Below are positions 25,738-35,933 of a DNA stretch of 63,238 nt, piece by piece. Source of the DNA: Clostridia bacterium DTU022 (lineage in GTDB: Bacteria > Bacillota > Dethiobacteria > DTU022). Below the pieces are notes generated by a model that was given only the letters and a program-made list of their open reading frames with translations, was not told the origin of the DNA and made no database searches. The stretch lies in contig LFRQ01000013.1 of the NCBI GenBank assembly GCA_001512835.1, positions 1 through 63,238 of the forward strand. Reading direction: 5' to 3'. The translations under genes and the position numbers were made by a program. Numbering within the stretch: position 1 is the stretch's first letter; every line of letters begins with the position of its first letter.

Positions 25738-27756
25738 ATGAAACGGCTTTATTTTCCCTGTTTATCCTTTTTATCTTTATTCTGCCTGCTCATCTTAATG
25801 CTCCTGATTTTGCCCGGATGCCAGGCCGACCTCCACCAGGCCGAAGAAGCGGCGAAATCATTCCTGGAGTTCTGGTCGGCGGGCGATTATCAGGCCATGT
25901 ATGAGCTGCTGGACCAGGAATCCCGGAATAAGTACTCGCCCTCCTCCTTTATTGGCTACTACACGGACCTGGAGGAGGCGATAAACCTTTCCGGCGTGGA
26001 ATACCAGCTGGAAAAGGCGGCGGAAACGGATGCCAACCGGGTAACATTCTCTTATTCCGCCCGCCTCCAATCGGATACCGTAGGGGCCATTCCCGCCCCC
26101 AACACCATCATCCTCACCCGCAAGGCCAAGGGAGAGCCCTGGCAAGTCTCCTGGAACCCGGGGCAAATTTTCCCCGAGATGACGGATAACTGCCGGCTAG
26201 TCCTCAAGCGCCTGGTTCCCCGCCGGGGTATAATCCTGGATCGCTACAACCGGCCCCTGGTTCAATACCGCCAATTTAAAGAAGTAGGGGCCGTTCCCGG
26301 GCGCTTCGACGACCAGTCCCGCTTCGCCCGCTCCGTCGCTCCCCTGCTGGGTTTGTCGGCAGCGGAGGTGGAGGCCAAGCTGAACCAGCCCTGGGTCAGG
26401 GAAGGGCTTTTCGTGCCGCTGGCCGTGCTCTCCCCGGAAGAAGAGCACCTGGCGGAACAGTTGTTGAAGATCCCGGGGGTAATGATTAACTTCCTGGAGA
26501 AGCGCTACTACCCCCAGGGGAAGCTCCTGGCCCAGGTAATCGGCTACCTGGGAGAGATCAGCCCCCAGGAGCTGGAGGAGAGAAAAGGCCAGGGCTATTC
26601 TCCCGGGGATATTGTGGGGAAGATGGGCCTGGAGGCGGCCCTGGAAGAGACCCTGGGCGGGCGCTACGGCTATACCATCCAGATTGTCGACGGGGAGGGC
26701 AATGAAAAAGCAATCATTGCCGGCAGGGAGATGGAGCCCGGTCGGGACATTCGCTTAACCATCGACCTGGATCTGCAAAGGGCGGCCCAGGAGGCCCTCT
26801 CCACGAAAACCGGCTCCGTGGTGGTCCTAAACCCGGAGAACGGCCAGATCCTGGCCATGGCCAGTTCACCCTCCTTTGATCCCAACCAGTTTGTTTTCGG
26901 CTTAAGCGCCGAGCAGTGGCAGCAGCTGGAGCAGGATCCCGGCAAGCCTCTCCTCAACCGTTCCACCCAGGGCCTTTACCCGCCCGGCTCCTCTTTCAAA
27001 GTCTTCACCGCGGCGGCCGCCCTGGATGCCGGGGTGTTGGACCCCCGGGAGGTATTCAAAATTGAAGGGAGCAGGTGGCAAAAGTCCGCCGCCTGGGGCA
27101 ACTACTATGTCCAGCGCGTTCGCGGGGATATCAAGGAGTTGAATCTCAAGCAGGCCATGGCTTATTCCGATAATATCTACTTCGCCCAGGTGGGGCTGGC
27201 CTTGGGCGAAAAGCGCTTTCTGGAGTACGGAGAGCGCTTCGGCTTTAATGAATCCATTCCCTTCACCTTGCCCGTGGCCAAATCCCGCCTCTCCAGGGAT
27301 GATCAAATCCGCAGCGAAATCCAGCTGGCCGACAGCAGCTACGGCCAGGGGGAAGTGCTGACAACACCGCTGCACCTGGCCCTGATCAACAGCGCCATTT
27401 ACAACGGCGGCCGGATGCCGCAGCCGAAGCTCCTGATGGAGGCGGGGGAAACCGTCTTTTGGAAGGAGAATATAATCTCCCCGGCGGCAGCCAAGGCGGT
27501 GACGGAATCCCTGGCGGCCGAAGTAAAAGAGGCTCCCGGCGGAGGGAGCTATACCATCGTGGGGAAAACGGGCACGGCCCAGGTTGGCAATGCGGAGGGA
27601 AATATTTGCTGGTATGCCAGCTTTGTAAAAGAGGGCCTGCCTCCGGCGGTAGTGGTGGCCATGGTGGAAGGCGGCACCTGGGCCAGCCAGGAGGCGGTGC
27701 CCCTGGCCCTACAGGTTTGGGAACAGTACGCCGAAATAAGCCGCTCCAATCCATGA
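25738..27756 (+). CDS. class B penicillin-binding protein (lipoprotein signal, NTF2-like N-domain, transpeptidase)
   Basis: Lipobox LILPGC. N-terminal SFLEFWSAGDYQAMYELL (MecA_N-like). Transpeptidase motifs PGSSFK (SxxK), YSDN (SxN) and GKTGTA (KTG). Confidence 0.85.
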   Translation: MKRLYFPCLSFLSLFCLLILMLLILPGCQADLHQAEEAAKSFLEFWSAGDYQAMYELLDQESRNKYSPSSFIGYYTDLEEAINLSGVEYQLEKAAETDANRVTFSYSARLQSDTVGAIPAPNTIILTRKAKGEPWQVSWNPGQIFPEMTDNCRLVLKRLVPRRGIILDRYNRPLVQYRQFKEVGAVPGRFDDQSRFARSVAPLLGLSAAEVEAKLNQPWVREGLFVPLAVLSPEEEHLAEQLLKIPGVMINFLEKRYYPQGKLLAQVIGYLGEISPQELEERKGQGYSPGDIVGKMGLEAALEETLGGRYGYTIQIVDGEGNEKAIIAGREMEPGRDIRLTIDLDLQRAAQEALSTKTGSVVVLNPENGQILAMASSPSFDPNQFVFGLSAEQWQQLEQDPGKPLLNRSTQGLYPPGSSFKVFTAAAALDAGVLDPREVFKIEGSRWQKSAAWGNYYVQRVRGDIKELNLKQAMAYSDNIYFAQVGLALGEKRFLEYGERFGFNESIPFTLPVAKSRLSRDDQIRSEIQLADSSYGQGEVLTTPLHLALINSAIYNGGRMPQPKLLMEAGETVFWKENIISPAAAKAVTESLAAEVKEAPGGGSYTIVGKTGTAQVGNAEGNICWYASFVKEGLPPAVVVAMVEGGTWASQEAVPLALQVWEQYAEISRSNP

Positions 27757-27922
27757 GAGCGGCCATGACCCGGCAGGGTCCCGGCAAGCCCCGGCCATGT
27801 CCCGGTCAGGTTCAGGAAGGCTCTTTTGGGGCGAGGAGGGGGAAAGCAGAGAGGGGCGCAAGCCTTCCGGCACCGTAAACAAAAAACTTTTCCCCGGAAG
27901 GCGGCAACGGCCCTTTAGACGG

Positions 27923-29296
27923 CTAGAAATATGAGAGCATCTCCCGGTATTCCCGGCTCCATTCCCGAAAAGAGGGCTGCAGCCGCTCCTTAATTAATCG
28001 AGTCAGATCGTCATTTAAGCCGCTTTCCAGGCCGGAGAGGACGGCGTTGAATGTATCTTTTAGCTTCTCCGAGGATTCCTGCAGTTTCGTGCTGTAGGTG
28101 AGGCTGTAGCAGGAGCCGATCTGCTTCTCCAGGTTGTAGTACCCTTCCAGGATCACGACCAGCATCTGAGTGGTCTCCGACAAGGGAAGCTCCTTTTTCT
28201 GATCCATGCTTTCCAATATTTTTTCAAGCTTGGACAGCAGTTCTTCCAGCTTCTCCTTCAGGGGAGCAATTTCGAAGCGGCAGCGGGCATACTTGGCGTA
28301 GCGCAGGGTATTCCGGGCCCTTTCCCATTCGTGGAAGGCGGTTTCGGGGCCGGCATTGATTTCGAACAGCCAGTAGCGGCCTTCCCGGTCCCGGGACAAG
28401 TCGATTCCCAGTTCGTCGAAATAGAAGTCTTCCGGGTAGAAGCTGTTCACATGTTCCGCCAGTTCCAGGCCGTAGCGGACCAGCTCCTGGTGGATCTTCT
28501 CTTCCTCCCCGGGGAACTCCATATGCAGGAAGTACTCCAGGTTGGTGGTAATCCCTTCCCGGCTTAAATTGCTCAAGTAGCTGTCTCTTCTCCCGATCCG
28601 GGGGTATATCTTGGTAATTTGCCACCGGCCCTTTTCATCCCTTTGCACGTGGATGCGAAAGTCAAAAGGCTGGTTTTTCGAAGTGCGCACCCGAATGTAA
28701 GGCTGCAAAATATACTTGTCGCTGTGAATTATTTTCGTCAGGAACTGGTCCAGGGTCTTTTGATCCACCCTTTTCATTTCGTTGTGCTCGTGGATCTCGT
28801 AATATTCCCGCTTCTTGGAAATCAAGAAGATATCCGCGCCCTTGCGGCCTGCGATAGGCTTCAGGATCACCTCCCGGTATTTTTGCAAGTGGATATTGAC
28901 ATCGGAGCTTCTTTTCAAAGGGAAGGAATCGATGAGAATATCGGCATAGGTGCCCCGGCGCTTCATCTCCCGGTAAATGGTATACTTGTCAAAAATCCGG
29001 AAGGCAATGGGGGGAACCTTTTTTAGAAACTCATCTTCCTTGGGGGAGCGGGAATCGTCCTTGGTGTAATGAGTGATGATCACTTTCGGGAAGGGGGTAG
29101 TTTTCCAAACCCATTGGCCGTTTTCTCTCAGGTAGCCGGAGACGGTTTTCTTCTCCAGGTCGACGTTGTCCAGGTTGAAAGAGATGATTTCATCCCCCTG
29201 GTACTTGGCTTCGGCCACCAGGGCCCGGACCCGTTCCGGGTATGGGCCGTTAATAAAATTGCCATTCTGGGTGTATAAGCCGAGAAGCATTTTCAA
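27923..29296 (-). CDS. YheC/YheD-family ATP-grasp protein with about 110-aa C-terminal helical extension
   Basis: 457 aa. VILKPIAGRKGADIF, FDFRIHVQRDEKGRWQ and LFEINAGP are typical of YheC/D ATP-grasp proteins. AAGGAG RBS. Visibly more AT-rich than the neighbours. Confidence 0.75.
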   Translation of the reverse strand: MKMLLGLYTQNGNFINGPYPERVRALVAEAKYQGDEIISFNLDNVDLEKKTVSGYLRENGQWVWKTTPFPKVIITHYTKDDSRSPKEDEFLKKVPPIAFRIFDKYTIYREMKRRGTYADILIDSFPLKRSSDVNIHLQKYREVILKPIAGRKGADIFLISKKREYYEIHEHNEMKRVDQKTLDQFLTKIIHSDKYILQPYIRVRTSKNQPFDFRIHVQRDEKGRWQITKIYPRIGRRDSYLSNLSREGITTNLEYFLHMEFPGEEEKIHQELVRYGLELAEHVNSFYPEDFYFDELGIDLSRDREGRYWLFEINAGPETAFHEWERARNTLRYAKYARCRFEIAPLKEKLEELLSKLEKILESMDQKKELPLSETTQMLVVILEGYYNLEKQIGSCYSLTYSTKLQESSEKLKDTFNAVLSGLESGLNDDLTRLIKERLQPSFREWSREYREMLSYF

Positions 29297-29729
29297 TCTC
29301 CTTTTTTGTTTTTTTCTTTAATCTCCCTGCTTTAATTTGTGCCCGCCCTTGCCGGAACAAGGCCGGCGCTCTGGCCCAGCCCTATCCGGCCCCGAGAAGG
29401 GGGGAGGGATTTCGACATTATTTATAGGCCCTTGCAGAGCTTCCAGGGGTTCTGCAGGTTGCTGTCAGTATTTTGCCCGGCTTGATTTAATCCAGCTTTT
29501 ATAATACATTTCTGTAGAAACAGGATATTTCCTGCCCTTTTCCAGAGACCTTTTGGAGGGGGGAGGGGCCTCCCGGCGGCAAGCCCTCCCCGGAAAGGAA
29601 ACAGGAAGTAGGAAAAACTTTAGCGAATTAATTTAAGCAAAGGGGCTTCTATTCCGGAAATCGGCCCCGAAACCCCGGTCGTAGAGGAAGACAGGCCCCT
29701 GTTTATTTAATCAATGGAAAAGATCCGGC

Positions 29730-32363
29730 TTGCCGGAAGAAAGTGGTGACGCTGGAACCTTGAGCAGCAAACTACCGCCGATGATGGAGCAGTACCTGGC
29801 TATTAAGCAGCAGCATCCCGACAAAATCGTCTGGTTCCAGGTGGGCGACTTCTATGAGATGTTTTTCGACGATGCCGTCCTGGCAGCCAGGGAGATGGAT
29901 ATTGCCCTGACCACCAGGGATACCAACAAGGAGAACCCCATCCCCATGGCGGGGGTGCCCATTCACGCCGCGGAAACCTACTTGAACCGCCTCCTGGCCA
30001 AAAATTACAAGGTGGCCATCTGCGACCAGGTGGAGGATCCCGCCCTGGCCCGGGGCCTGGTCCGGCGGGAGGTTACCCGGATCATAACCCCCGGGACGGT
30101 AACGGACTCGGAGATGCTGGAAGAGGGGCGGAACAACTACCTGGCGGCCCTGGTGCAATCCGGGGAATCCGGCTTCGGCCTGGCGGCCGTGGATGTATCC
30201 ACGGGCGACTTCAGCGCCACGGAAACCCGCGGCCCAAAGGCATGGGAGGATATCCTGGATGAATTGCGGCGTCTCCAGCCGGCAGAAGTCATCAGCTCCT
30301 CGCCGGACTTGCTGGAGCAGTTGAAGCCCTCTCTCCTGGGAAAGAACCGGATCCAGCTGGAAAAAGTCGAACCTCTGGAGATGGGGGAGGTGCGCCGCCT
30401 CATCGATCAGCAGTGGGGGGAAGAGTTCTGGGAGGAGGCCAACCTCTCCGGTTACCCCCTGGCCGCGGAAGCCGCCGCCGCCATCCTGACCTATCTCCGG
30501 GAACTGCAGCATCCCCTGGGCAGCCATTTTCATCCCCTGGAGTTGTATTTTGCCGGCAAGCACATGATTATCGACTGTACCACCAACCGCAACCTGGAGC
30601 TAACCCAGACCCTGCGGGAGGGGGACCGGCAAAGGAGCCTCCTGGGCCTGCTGGATTCCTGCATGACCTCCATGGGGCGCCGCCTGCTGCGCCGCTGGGT
30701 AGAGCAGCCCCTGGTTAATATCGAAGCCATCCTGGAGCGTCAGGAGGCCGTGGCAGAGCTTCACCGGCGGCCCCTGCTCCGGAAGGAACTGCGCCGCCTA
30801 TTGCGCGACTTTATCGACCTGGAGCGCTTTTGCAGCCGCCTCTGCTACCAGCGAGTCAATGCCCGGGACCTGGTGGGGCTTAAACGCGCCTTGCTGCTCC
30901 TGCCTTCCTTAAAGAAGGCCCTGGCGGAGGCGGAGGCTTTGCAGTTGACGGAAATTGCCGGGGCCATCCCTTCCTTCGCCGACCTGGTGGAAGTGATCCA
31001 TAACTGCCTGGTGGAGGATCCTCCTCTTTCCTTGAAGGAGGGAGGCCTAATCCGGGAGGGCTACCACCCGGAAGTGGATCGCTACAGGAGCATCTCCCGG
31101 GACGGCAGCCGCTGGCTCCTGGAGTTGGAGCAGAGGGAGCGGGAGCGGACGGGCATTAAAACCCTCAAGATCGGCTACAACCGGAATTTCGGCTACTATA
31201 TCGAAGTAACCCGCAGCAACCTGGGCCAGGTGCCCCCTGATTATTACCGCCGCCAGACCCTGGTCAACGCCGAAAGGTTTACCACCGACGAACTGAAGGA
31301 GATAGAAGACCAGATTACCGGGGCCCGGGACCGGCTGGTCCAGCTGGAGTACGAACTCTTCGAGGAGTTGCGCCAGCGCGTGGCCGGCCACACCAACGAC
31401 TTGCAGCAAACGGCTCACCTCCTGGCCCGCCTGGATTGTCTCCAAAGCCTGGCGGAGGTGGCGGAGCGATACCGCTACTGCCGTCCGCAAATTACTGCAG
31501 GCAACACACTGCACATAGAAAAGGGCCGCCACCCGGTGGTGGAGCGCTTGTCCGGGGAGAGATTTGTCCCCAACGACCTGCACATGGATGAAAACAACTA
31601 TATTGCCATCATTACCGGCCCCAATATGGCCGGCAAAAGTACCTACTGCCGGAGCATCGCCCTGATCTGCCTGATGGGACAGATGGGCGGCTTTGTACCC
31701 GCCAAGAAGGCCGTCCTGCCGGTGCTGGACCGCATTTTCGCTCGGGTTGGCGCCAGCGACGATCTCAGCCGCGGCTACAGCACCTTCATGGTAGAGATGC
31801 AGGAGACGGCCACCATCCTGGCCGAGGCCAGCCCCCGAAGCCTGGTGGTCCTGGATGAAATCGGCCGGGGCACCAGCACCTACGACGGAATGAGCATCGC
31901 CCGGAGCGTTTTGGAGTACATAGCCACCTCCATCAAAGCGAAAACCCTGTTCTCCACCCATTACCACGAGCTTACCAGGCTGGAAGGAGAACTGAAGGGG
32001 ATTAAGAATTATACCATGGCGGTCCGGGAAAAAGGGAAGGAGGTAATCTTCCTGCGGCAGGTGGTTCCCGGCCACTCGGACAAGAGCTACGGCATCAACG
32101 TGGCCCGGCTGGCCGGCCTCCCCCTGGAGGTTATTCTAAGGGCCGAGGCCATCCTGGCGGAGATGGAAACCGCCGCCGCCAAGGAGAAGCAGTTAAGCCT
32201 GCTTCCCTTCACCAGCTGCCTGCCCGCTGTCCGCAGCCGGGAGAAAGAGCTGGTGGACGAAATTATAAACCTGGACCTGAACCGGACCAGCCCCCTGGAG
32301 GCGCTGCAGATTCTCTTCCGCCTCCAGAAGAAGGCGCTGGAAAACGGAGAAGAGAGGGATTAG
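29730..32363 (+). CDS. mutS: DNA mismatch repair protein MutS
   Basis: PMMEQYLAIKQQHPD N-terminus, Walker A GPNMAGKST, STFMVEM, TSTYDG. The start is approximate (TTG 29730 or 29760). Confidence 0.95.
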   Translation: MPEESGDAGTLSSKLPPMMEQYLAIKQQHPDKIVWFQVGDFYEMFFDDAVLAAREMDIALTTRDTNKENPIPMAGVPIHAAETYLNRLLAKNYKVAICDQVEDPALARGLVRREVTRIITPGTVTDSEMLEEGRNNYLAALVQSGESGFGLAAVDVSTGDFSATETRGPKAWEDILDELRRLQPAEVISSSPDLLEQLKPSLLGKNRIQLEKVEPLEMGEVRRLIDQQWGEEFWEEANLSGYPLAAEAAAAILTYLRELQHPLGSHFHPLELYFAGKHMIIDCTTNRNLELTQTLREGDRQRSLLGLLDSCMTSMGRRLLRRWVEQPLVNIEAILERQEAVAELHRRPLLRKELRRLLRDFIDLERFCSRLCYQRVNARDLVGLKRALLLLPSLKKALAEAEALQLTEIAGAIPSFADLVEVIHNCLVEDPPLSLKEGGLIREGYHPEVDRYRSISRDGSRWLLELEQRERERTGIKTLKIGYNRNFGYYIEVTRSNLGQVPPDYYRRQTLVNAERFTTDELKEIEDQITGARDRLVQLEYELFEELRQRVAGHTNDLQQTAHLLARLDCLQSLAEVAERYRYCRPQITAGNTLHIEKGRHPVVERLSGERFVPNDLHMDENNYIAIITGPNMAGKSTYCRSIALICLMGQMGGFVPAKKAVLPVLDRIFARVGASDDLSRGYSTFMVEMQETATILAEASPRSLVVLDEIGRGTSTYDGMSIARSVLEYIATSIKAKTLFSTHYHELTRLEGELKGIKNYTMAVREKGKEVIFLRQVVPGHSDKSYGINVARLAGLPLEVILRAEAILAEMETAAAKEKQLSLLPFTSCLPAVRSREKELVDEIINLDLNRTSPLEALQILFRLQKKALENGEERD

Positions 32364-32364
32364 C

Positions 32365-34260
32365 TTGCCCATCAGGCTGCTGGATGAGCATACCGCCGAA
32401 AAAATTGCCGCCGGAGAAGTCATCGAAAACCCCGCTTCCGTAGTCAAGGAGCTGGTGGAGAATTCCTTGGATGCCGGCGCCACGGTCATCGAAATCCATG
32501 TGGAAGGCGGCGGCAAGGAGTCCATCACCGTCAGCGACAACGGGGAGGGCATCCCCGGGGAGGAGGTGCCCCTGGCCTTTCAAAGGTTTGCCACCAGCAA
32601 GCTGACGAAAATCGATGATTTGCAGGCCATTGCCAGCCTGGGTTTCCGGGGCGAAGCGCTCCCCAGCATCGCCGCCGTAGCCCGGGTCTCCATGACTACC
32701 AGGGTCAAGGAGAGCCTCAGCGCCACCCGGATTGAACTGGCGGGAGGAAAGGTTATAAAGTGCGAAGAAGCGGGAGGCCCTCAGGGGACCAGCGTCCAGG
32801 TAAAAGACCTGTTTTACAACACCCCCGGGCGGTTAAAATTTCTGCAGCACGCCTCCGTGGAGCAGGGGAGAATCGTCGCCTTGACCACCAACCTGGCCCT
32901 GGCCAATCCCGGAGTAGCCTTTACCCTGTCCAGCGAGAAAAGGGTCCTCTTGCAGACCTCCGGGGACGGGAATCTGCTGCACACCATCGCCTCCCTCTGG
33001 GGAGAGGCCTGCGCTGCCGCCATGCTTCCTCTTCAAGGCGGCAGCGAGGATAATCGGACCAAAGTGGAGGGCTTTATCTCGGCCCCTCATTTTCACCGCG
33101 CCTCGCGGCGGACCCACCAGGTCTTTATCGTCAACGGGCGCCTGGTGCAAAGCCCCCTTTTAAGCAGCGCCCTGGAGCGAGGCTACGGAACGCTGCTCCC
33201 CCGGGGGCGGCATCCCGTGGCCGTAATCAACCTTTCTTTGGAGCCCTCCCTGCTAGATGTAAACGTGCACCCGGCCAAGACAGAGATCCGCTTCCTGCGC
33301 AGCGAGCAGGTGAAGGATATGGTCTACCGCACCGTGCGGAACGCCCTGCACAACTCTTATACCTTTGCGCCGGCCCCTTCCCGCGCCGCCGAGGCCGGGA
33401 CAGGGAAGCAGCTGGAGCTGGACCGCCGGCACGGGCTGATCTGGCGGGAGGTGGAGGAACTTCCCTTCGCCCCCGGCGGGCAGGGAGAAGAACCCCTGGA
33501 GCACCCCGGCTATTTCCCGGGAGCGGAGGGCAGAGAAGGGGAGGCGGGGGCCGTCCCCCTTCGGGAAGCCGGGACGGAGCCGGGCCGGGAACATTTACCG
33601 GGCCCGTCCCGAGAATCGTTGTCGGGCCCGTCCCAGGATATCGTGGCCGATCCCTCCCGGGAGTCCATTTGGGAGCCCTCCCCGGAGCCCCTGCGCCTGC
33701 TGGGCCAATACCTGCAGAGCTACCTGGTGGTCCAGCAGGGAGAGGACCTGCTGCTCATCGACCAGCACGCGGCGCACGAACGAATAATCTTCGAAAAGCT
33801 TTCCTCGGAAAACTCGAGCTCCGCCGGCGGCGGTCAACTTACGCTTCCGATAACCGTGGAAGTGCCCCCGGCCTGGCGGGAGCGCCTCCATCAGCTTTTG
33901 CCCCTGCTGGAGGAAATCGGTTTTAAAATGGAACCATTTGGAGATAATACTTTTATTGTCCGGCAAGTTCCCTTTAACGAATGGCACCCGATCAACCGGG
34001 AAGAGCTTTACCTCCTGATCGGCGATCTTTCCGCTTTCGAGGAAGAGAAGATGGCCGACCGGAGGGAGCATATTCGAAAAACCATCGCCTGCCACCGGGC
34101 CATTAAGGCGCACCAGGCTCTCAGCCGGGCGGAGATGGAGGCGCTGCTGCAGCAGTGGAGCGAAACGCCGCGGGCCCATTACTGCCCCCACGGTCGCCCC
34201 GCCGTAATTCGCTTCCGCCGGGGAGAGCTGGAAAAAAGCTTCCGGCGGAGGGGAGGCTGA
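32365..34260 (+). CDS. mutL: DNA mismatch repair protein MutL
   Basis: GHKL ATPase N-domain (IAAGEVIENPASVVKELVENSLDAG, DNGEGI), a long Pro/Gly/Glu linker, and a C-terminal dimerisation domain with DQHAAHERI. Confidence 0.95.
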   Translation: MPIRLLDEHTAEKIAAGEVIENPASVVKELVENSLDAGATVIEIHVEGGGKESITVSDNGEGIPGEEVPLAFQRFATSKLTKIDDLQAIASLGFRGEALPSIAAVARVSMTTRVKESLSATRIELAGGKVIKCEEAGGPQGTSVQVKDLFYNTPGRLKFLQHASVEQGRIVALTTNLALANPGVAFTLSSEKRVLLQTSGDGNLLHTIASLWGEACAAAMLPLQGGSEDNRTKVEGFISAPHFHRASRRTHQVFIVNGRLVQSPLLSSALERGYGTLLPRGRHPVAVINLSLEPSLLDVNVHPAKTEIRFLRSEQVKDMVYRTVRNALHNSYTFAPAPSRAAEAGTGKQLELDRRHGLIWREVEELPFAPGGQGEEPLEHPGYFPGAEGREGEAGAVPLREAGTEPGREHLPGPSRESLSGPSQDIVADPSRESIWEPSPEPLRLLGQYLQSYLVVQQGEDLLLIDQHAAHERIIFEKLSSENSSSAGGGQLTLPITVEVPPAWRERLHQLLPLLEEIGFKMEPFGDNTFIVRQVPFNEWHPINREELYLLIGDLSAFEEEKMADRREHIRKTIACHRAIKAHQALSRAEMEALLQQWSETPRAHYCPHGRPAVIRFRRGELEKSFRRRGG

Positions 34261-34262
34261 CC

Positions 34263-35225
34263 GTGGAGGAAACCGGAAAGAGGAAAATTCCTTTGCTGGT
34301 CCTGGTGGGGCCGACCGCCGTAGGCAAAAGTCGGCTGGCCCTGGAGGTGGCCCCCCGGATTGGGGCGGAGATTATCTCCGCCGATTCGGCGCAGGTATAC
34401 CGGTACATGGATATCGGCACCGCCAAGCCGACGGCCCGGGAGCAGGAGTTGGTAAAACATCACCTGATCGACCTGGTGGACCCGGACCAGGATTTCAGCG
34501 TCTCCGATTTTCAAAGGGAGGCGGACCGGGTGATCAGTCAGCTTTACCGGGGGGGAAAGCTCCCTTTCATGGTGGGAGGGACCGGCCTCTATGTCAATGC
34601 AGTAATTGACCGCTATGTATTCCAGGGCCGGGGCAAAAATATCGGGCTGCGCCGGCAGCTGCAGCAGGCTGCCCGGGAGCAGGGTCTGGAGGTTTTATAC
34701 CGGCGCCTGGCGGAAGTGGATCCCGCTGCGGCCGCCAAGATTCATCCCAACGACCAGAAGCGCATTATCCGCGCCCTGGAGGTTTACTACCAGGACGGCA
34801 TACCCATATCCCGCCAGGTGGAGCTGACCCGCCGCCAGGAATCGCCCTACCGCCTGCTGATGTTTGGCCTTAACATGGAGCGGGAAGAGCTTTACCGGCG
34901 CATCGACCGGCGGGTGGAGGAGATGATGGCCGCCGGCTTCCTTGAGGAGACCCGCCGGCTGCTGGAAAAAGGATTTAAACCCGATTCCCCGGGGCTGCAG
35001 GTCCTGGGTTATCGCCAGCTGGTCCGCTACTTGGAAAACGGCAAAGGTTGGAAAGAGACTGTGGCGGAGATCAAAAAAGAAACCCGGCAGCTGGCCAAGA
35101 GACAACTGACCTGGTTCCGAAGGGACCGGCGGATTATATGGCTGCAGGCGGAAGACGGTCTGGAAGCTTTGGAGGAATTAATTTCCCGTGCGGTGAAGGA
35201 AAAATTAACTTCGCACGCGAATTAA
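34263..35225 (+). CDS. miaA: tRNA dimethylallyltransferase
   Basis: P-loop [30 protein letters not shown] start 2 nt after the mutL stop. Confidence 0.9.
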   Translation: MEETGKRKIPLLVLVGPTAVGKSRLALEVAPRIGAEIISADSAQVYRYMDIGTAKPTAREQELVKHHLIDLVDPDQDFSVSDFQREADRVISQLYRGGKLPFMVGGTGLYVNAVIDRYVFQGRGKNIGLRRQLQQAAREQGLEVLYRRLAEVDPAAAAKIHPNDQKRIIRALEVYYQDGIPISRQVELTRRQESPYRLLMFGLNMEREELYRRIDRRVEEMMAAGFLEETRRLLEKGFKPDSPGLQVLGYRQLVRYLENGKGWKETVAEIKKETRQLAKRQLTWFRRDRRIIWLQAEDGLEALEELISRAVKEKLTSHAN

Positions 35226-35257
35226 ACCAGATAAGTAAACATGGAAGGAGCTTCTTA

Positions 35258-35512
35258 ATGAAAGCCAGCATAAATTTACAAGATAACTTTTTAAACCAGG
35301 CCCGCAAAGAAAACATGATGCTCACGGTATTCCTGGTGAACGGGTACCAGATCAAGGGAGTTATCCGCAGTTTTGACAACTTCACAGTGCTCCTGGAAGT
35401 GGAAGGAAGGCAGCAGCTGGTTTACAAGCATGCCGTCTCTACCATCATTCCCGTGCGCAACATAAACTTGAACCTGGCCGCAGCCGTCCCCGAGGAAGAG
35501 CAGCCGGAGTAG
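35258..35512 (+). CDS. hfq: RNA chaperone Hfq
   Basis: Sm motifs [12 protein letters not shown]...[23 protein letters not shown]...[23 protein letters not shown]. Confidence 0.95.
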   Translation: MKASINLQDNFLNQARKENMMLTVFLVNGYQIKGVIRSFDNFTVLLEVEGRQQLVYKHAVSTIIPVRNINLNLAAAVPEEEQPE

Positions 35513-35536
35513 CAGAAAAAGTTTTCAGGAGCGTTT

Positions 35537-35567
35537 AAAAAAAAGGCACCGCCAGGTGTCTTTTTTG
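35537..35567 (+). terminator. hfq terminator
   Basis: A-run, AGGCACC-gcca-GGTGTCT hairpin, TTTTT. Confidence 0.7.
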
Positions 35568-35647
35568 CTGCTTTCCAGGCAAAGCTTTGCATAAATATGC
35601 AGGCTCGAGAGGCGCGATGCGGCAGCTTATTGCTGGACTGAAGGCTT

Positions 35648-35885
35648 GTACTTTTTCCCAAAAGCACGCCGAGATACTTTGGCTGCACGATGGAAATCCA
35701 GAAGCCCGCCAAGCCGCCAATACTTTTTCCAGAAGCACAGCCCGAATTTTTCGCTGCCGGGGGGCAGTTCTGGGAGCCGCCCAATGCTTTTCCCAAAAGC
35801 CCATTCCTGATACTCCGATGGTACGGCGGCGGGCTGGAGCCGCCCGCTACTTATCCCCGGCAGCCAGTCCCAATGCTTCAAGGAC
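35648..35885. repeat. degenerate tandem repeat, about 3.5 units of 63-71 bp
   Basis: Units start at 35648, 35719, 35782 and 35845. Each opens with (A)ATRCTTTT(T)CC(C)ARAAGC and closes with G(G/A)AGCCGCC. Confidence 0.7.
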
Positions 35886-35910
35886 GTTTTAATTCCCGCC
35901 ACATATAATA
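35884..35910 (+). promoter_or_regulatory. candidate mother-cell sigma (sigK/sigE-like) promoter of spoVK
   Basis: AC (35884-35885), 16 nt, CATATAATA (35902-35910), which fits AC-N16-CATAnnnTA. No sigma-A -35 is present at the right spacing. Confidence 0.3.
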
Positions 35911-35933
35911 TACTTAGAAACAGGAGGGGTAGC

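Noticed and set aside
35690-35908. 72-aa ORF with a reiterated (K/E)PPxxFP peptide in the hfq-spoVK spacer.
   Set aside because: The peptide periodicity follows automatically from the 63-bp DNA repeat. There is no RBS, and the ORF ends inside the spoVK promoter region. It is kept only as a note under the tandem-repeat finding.
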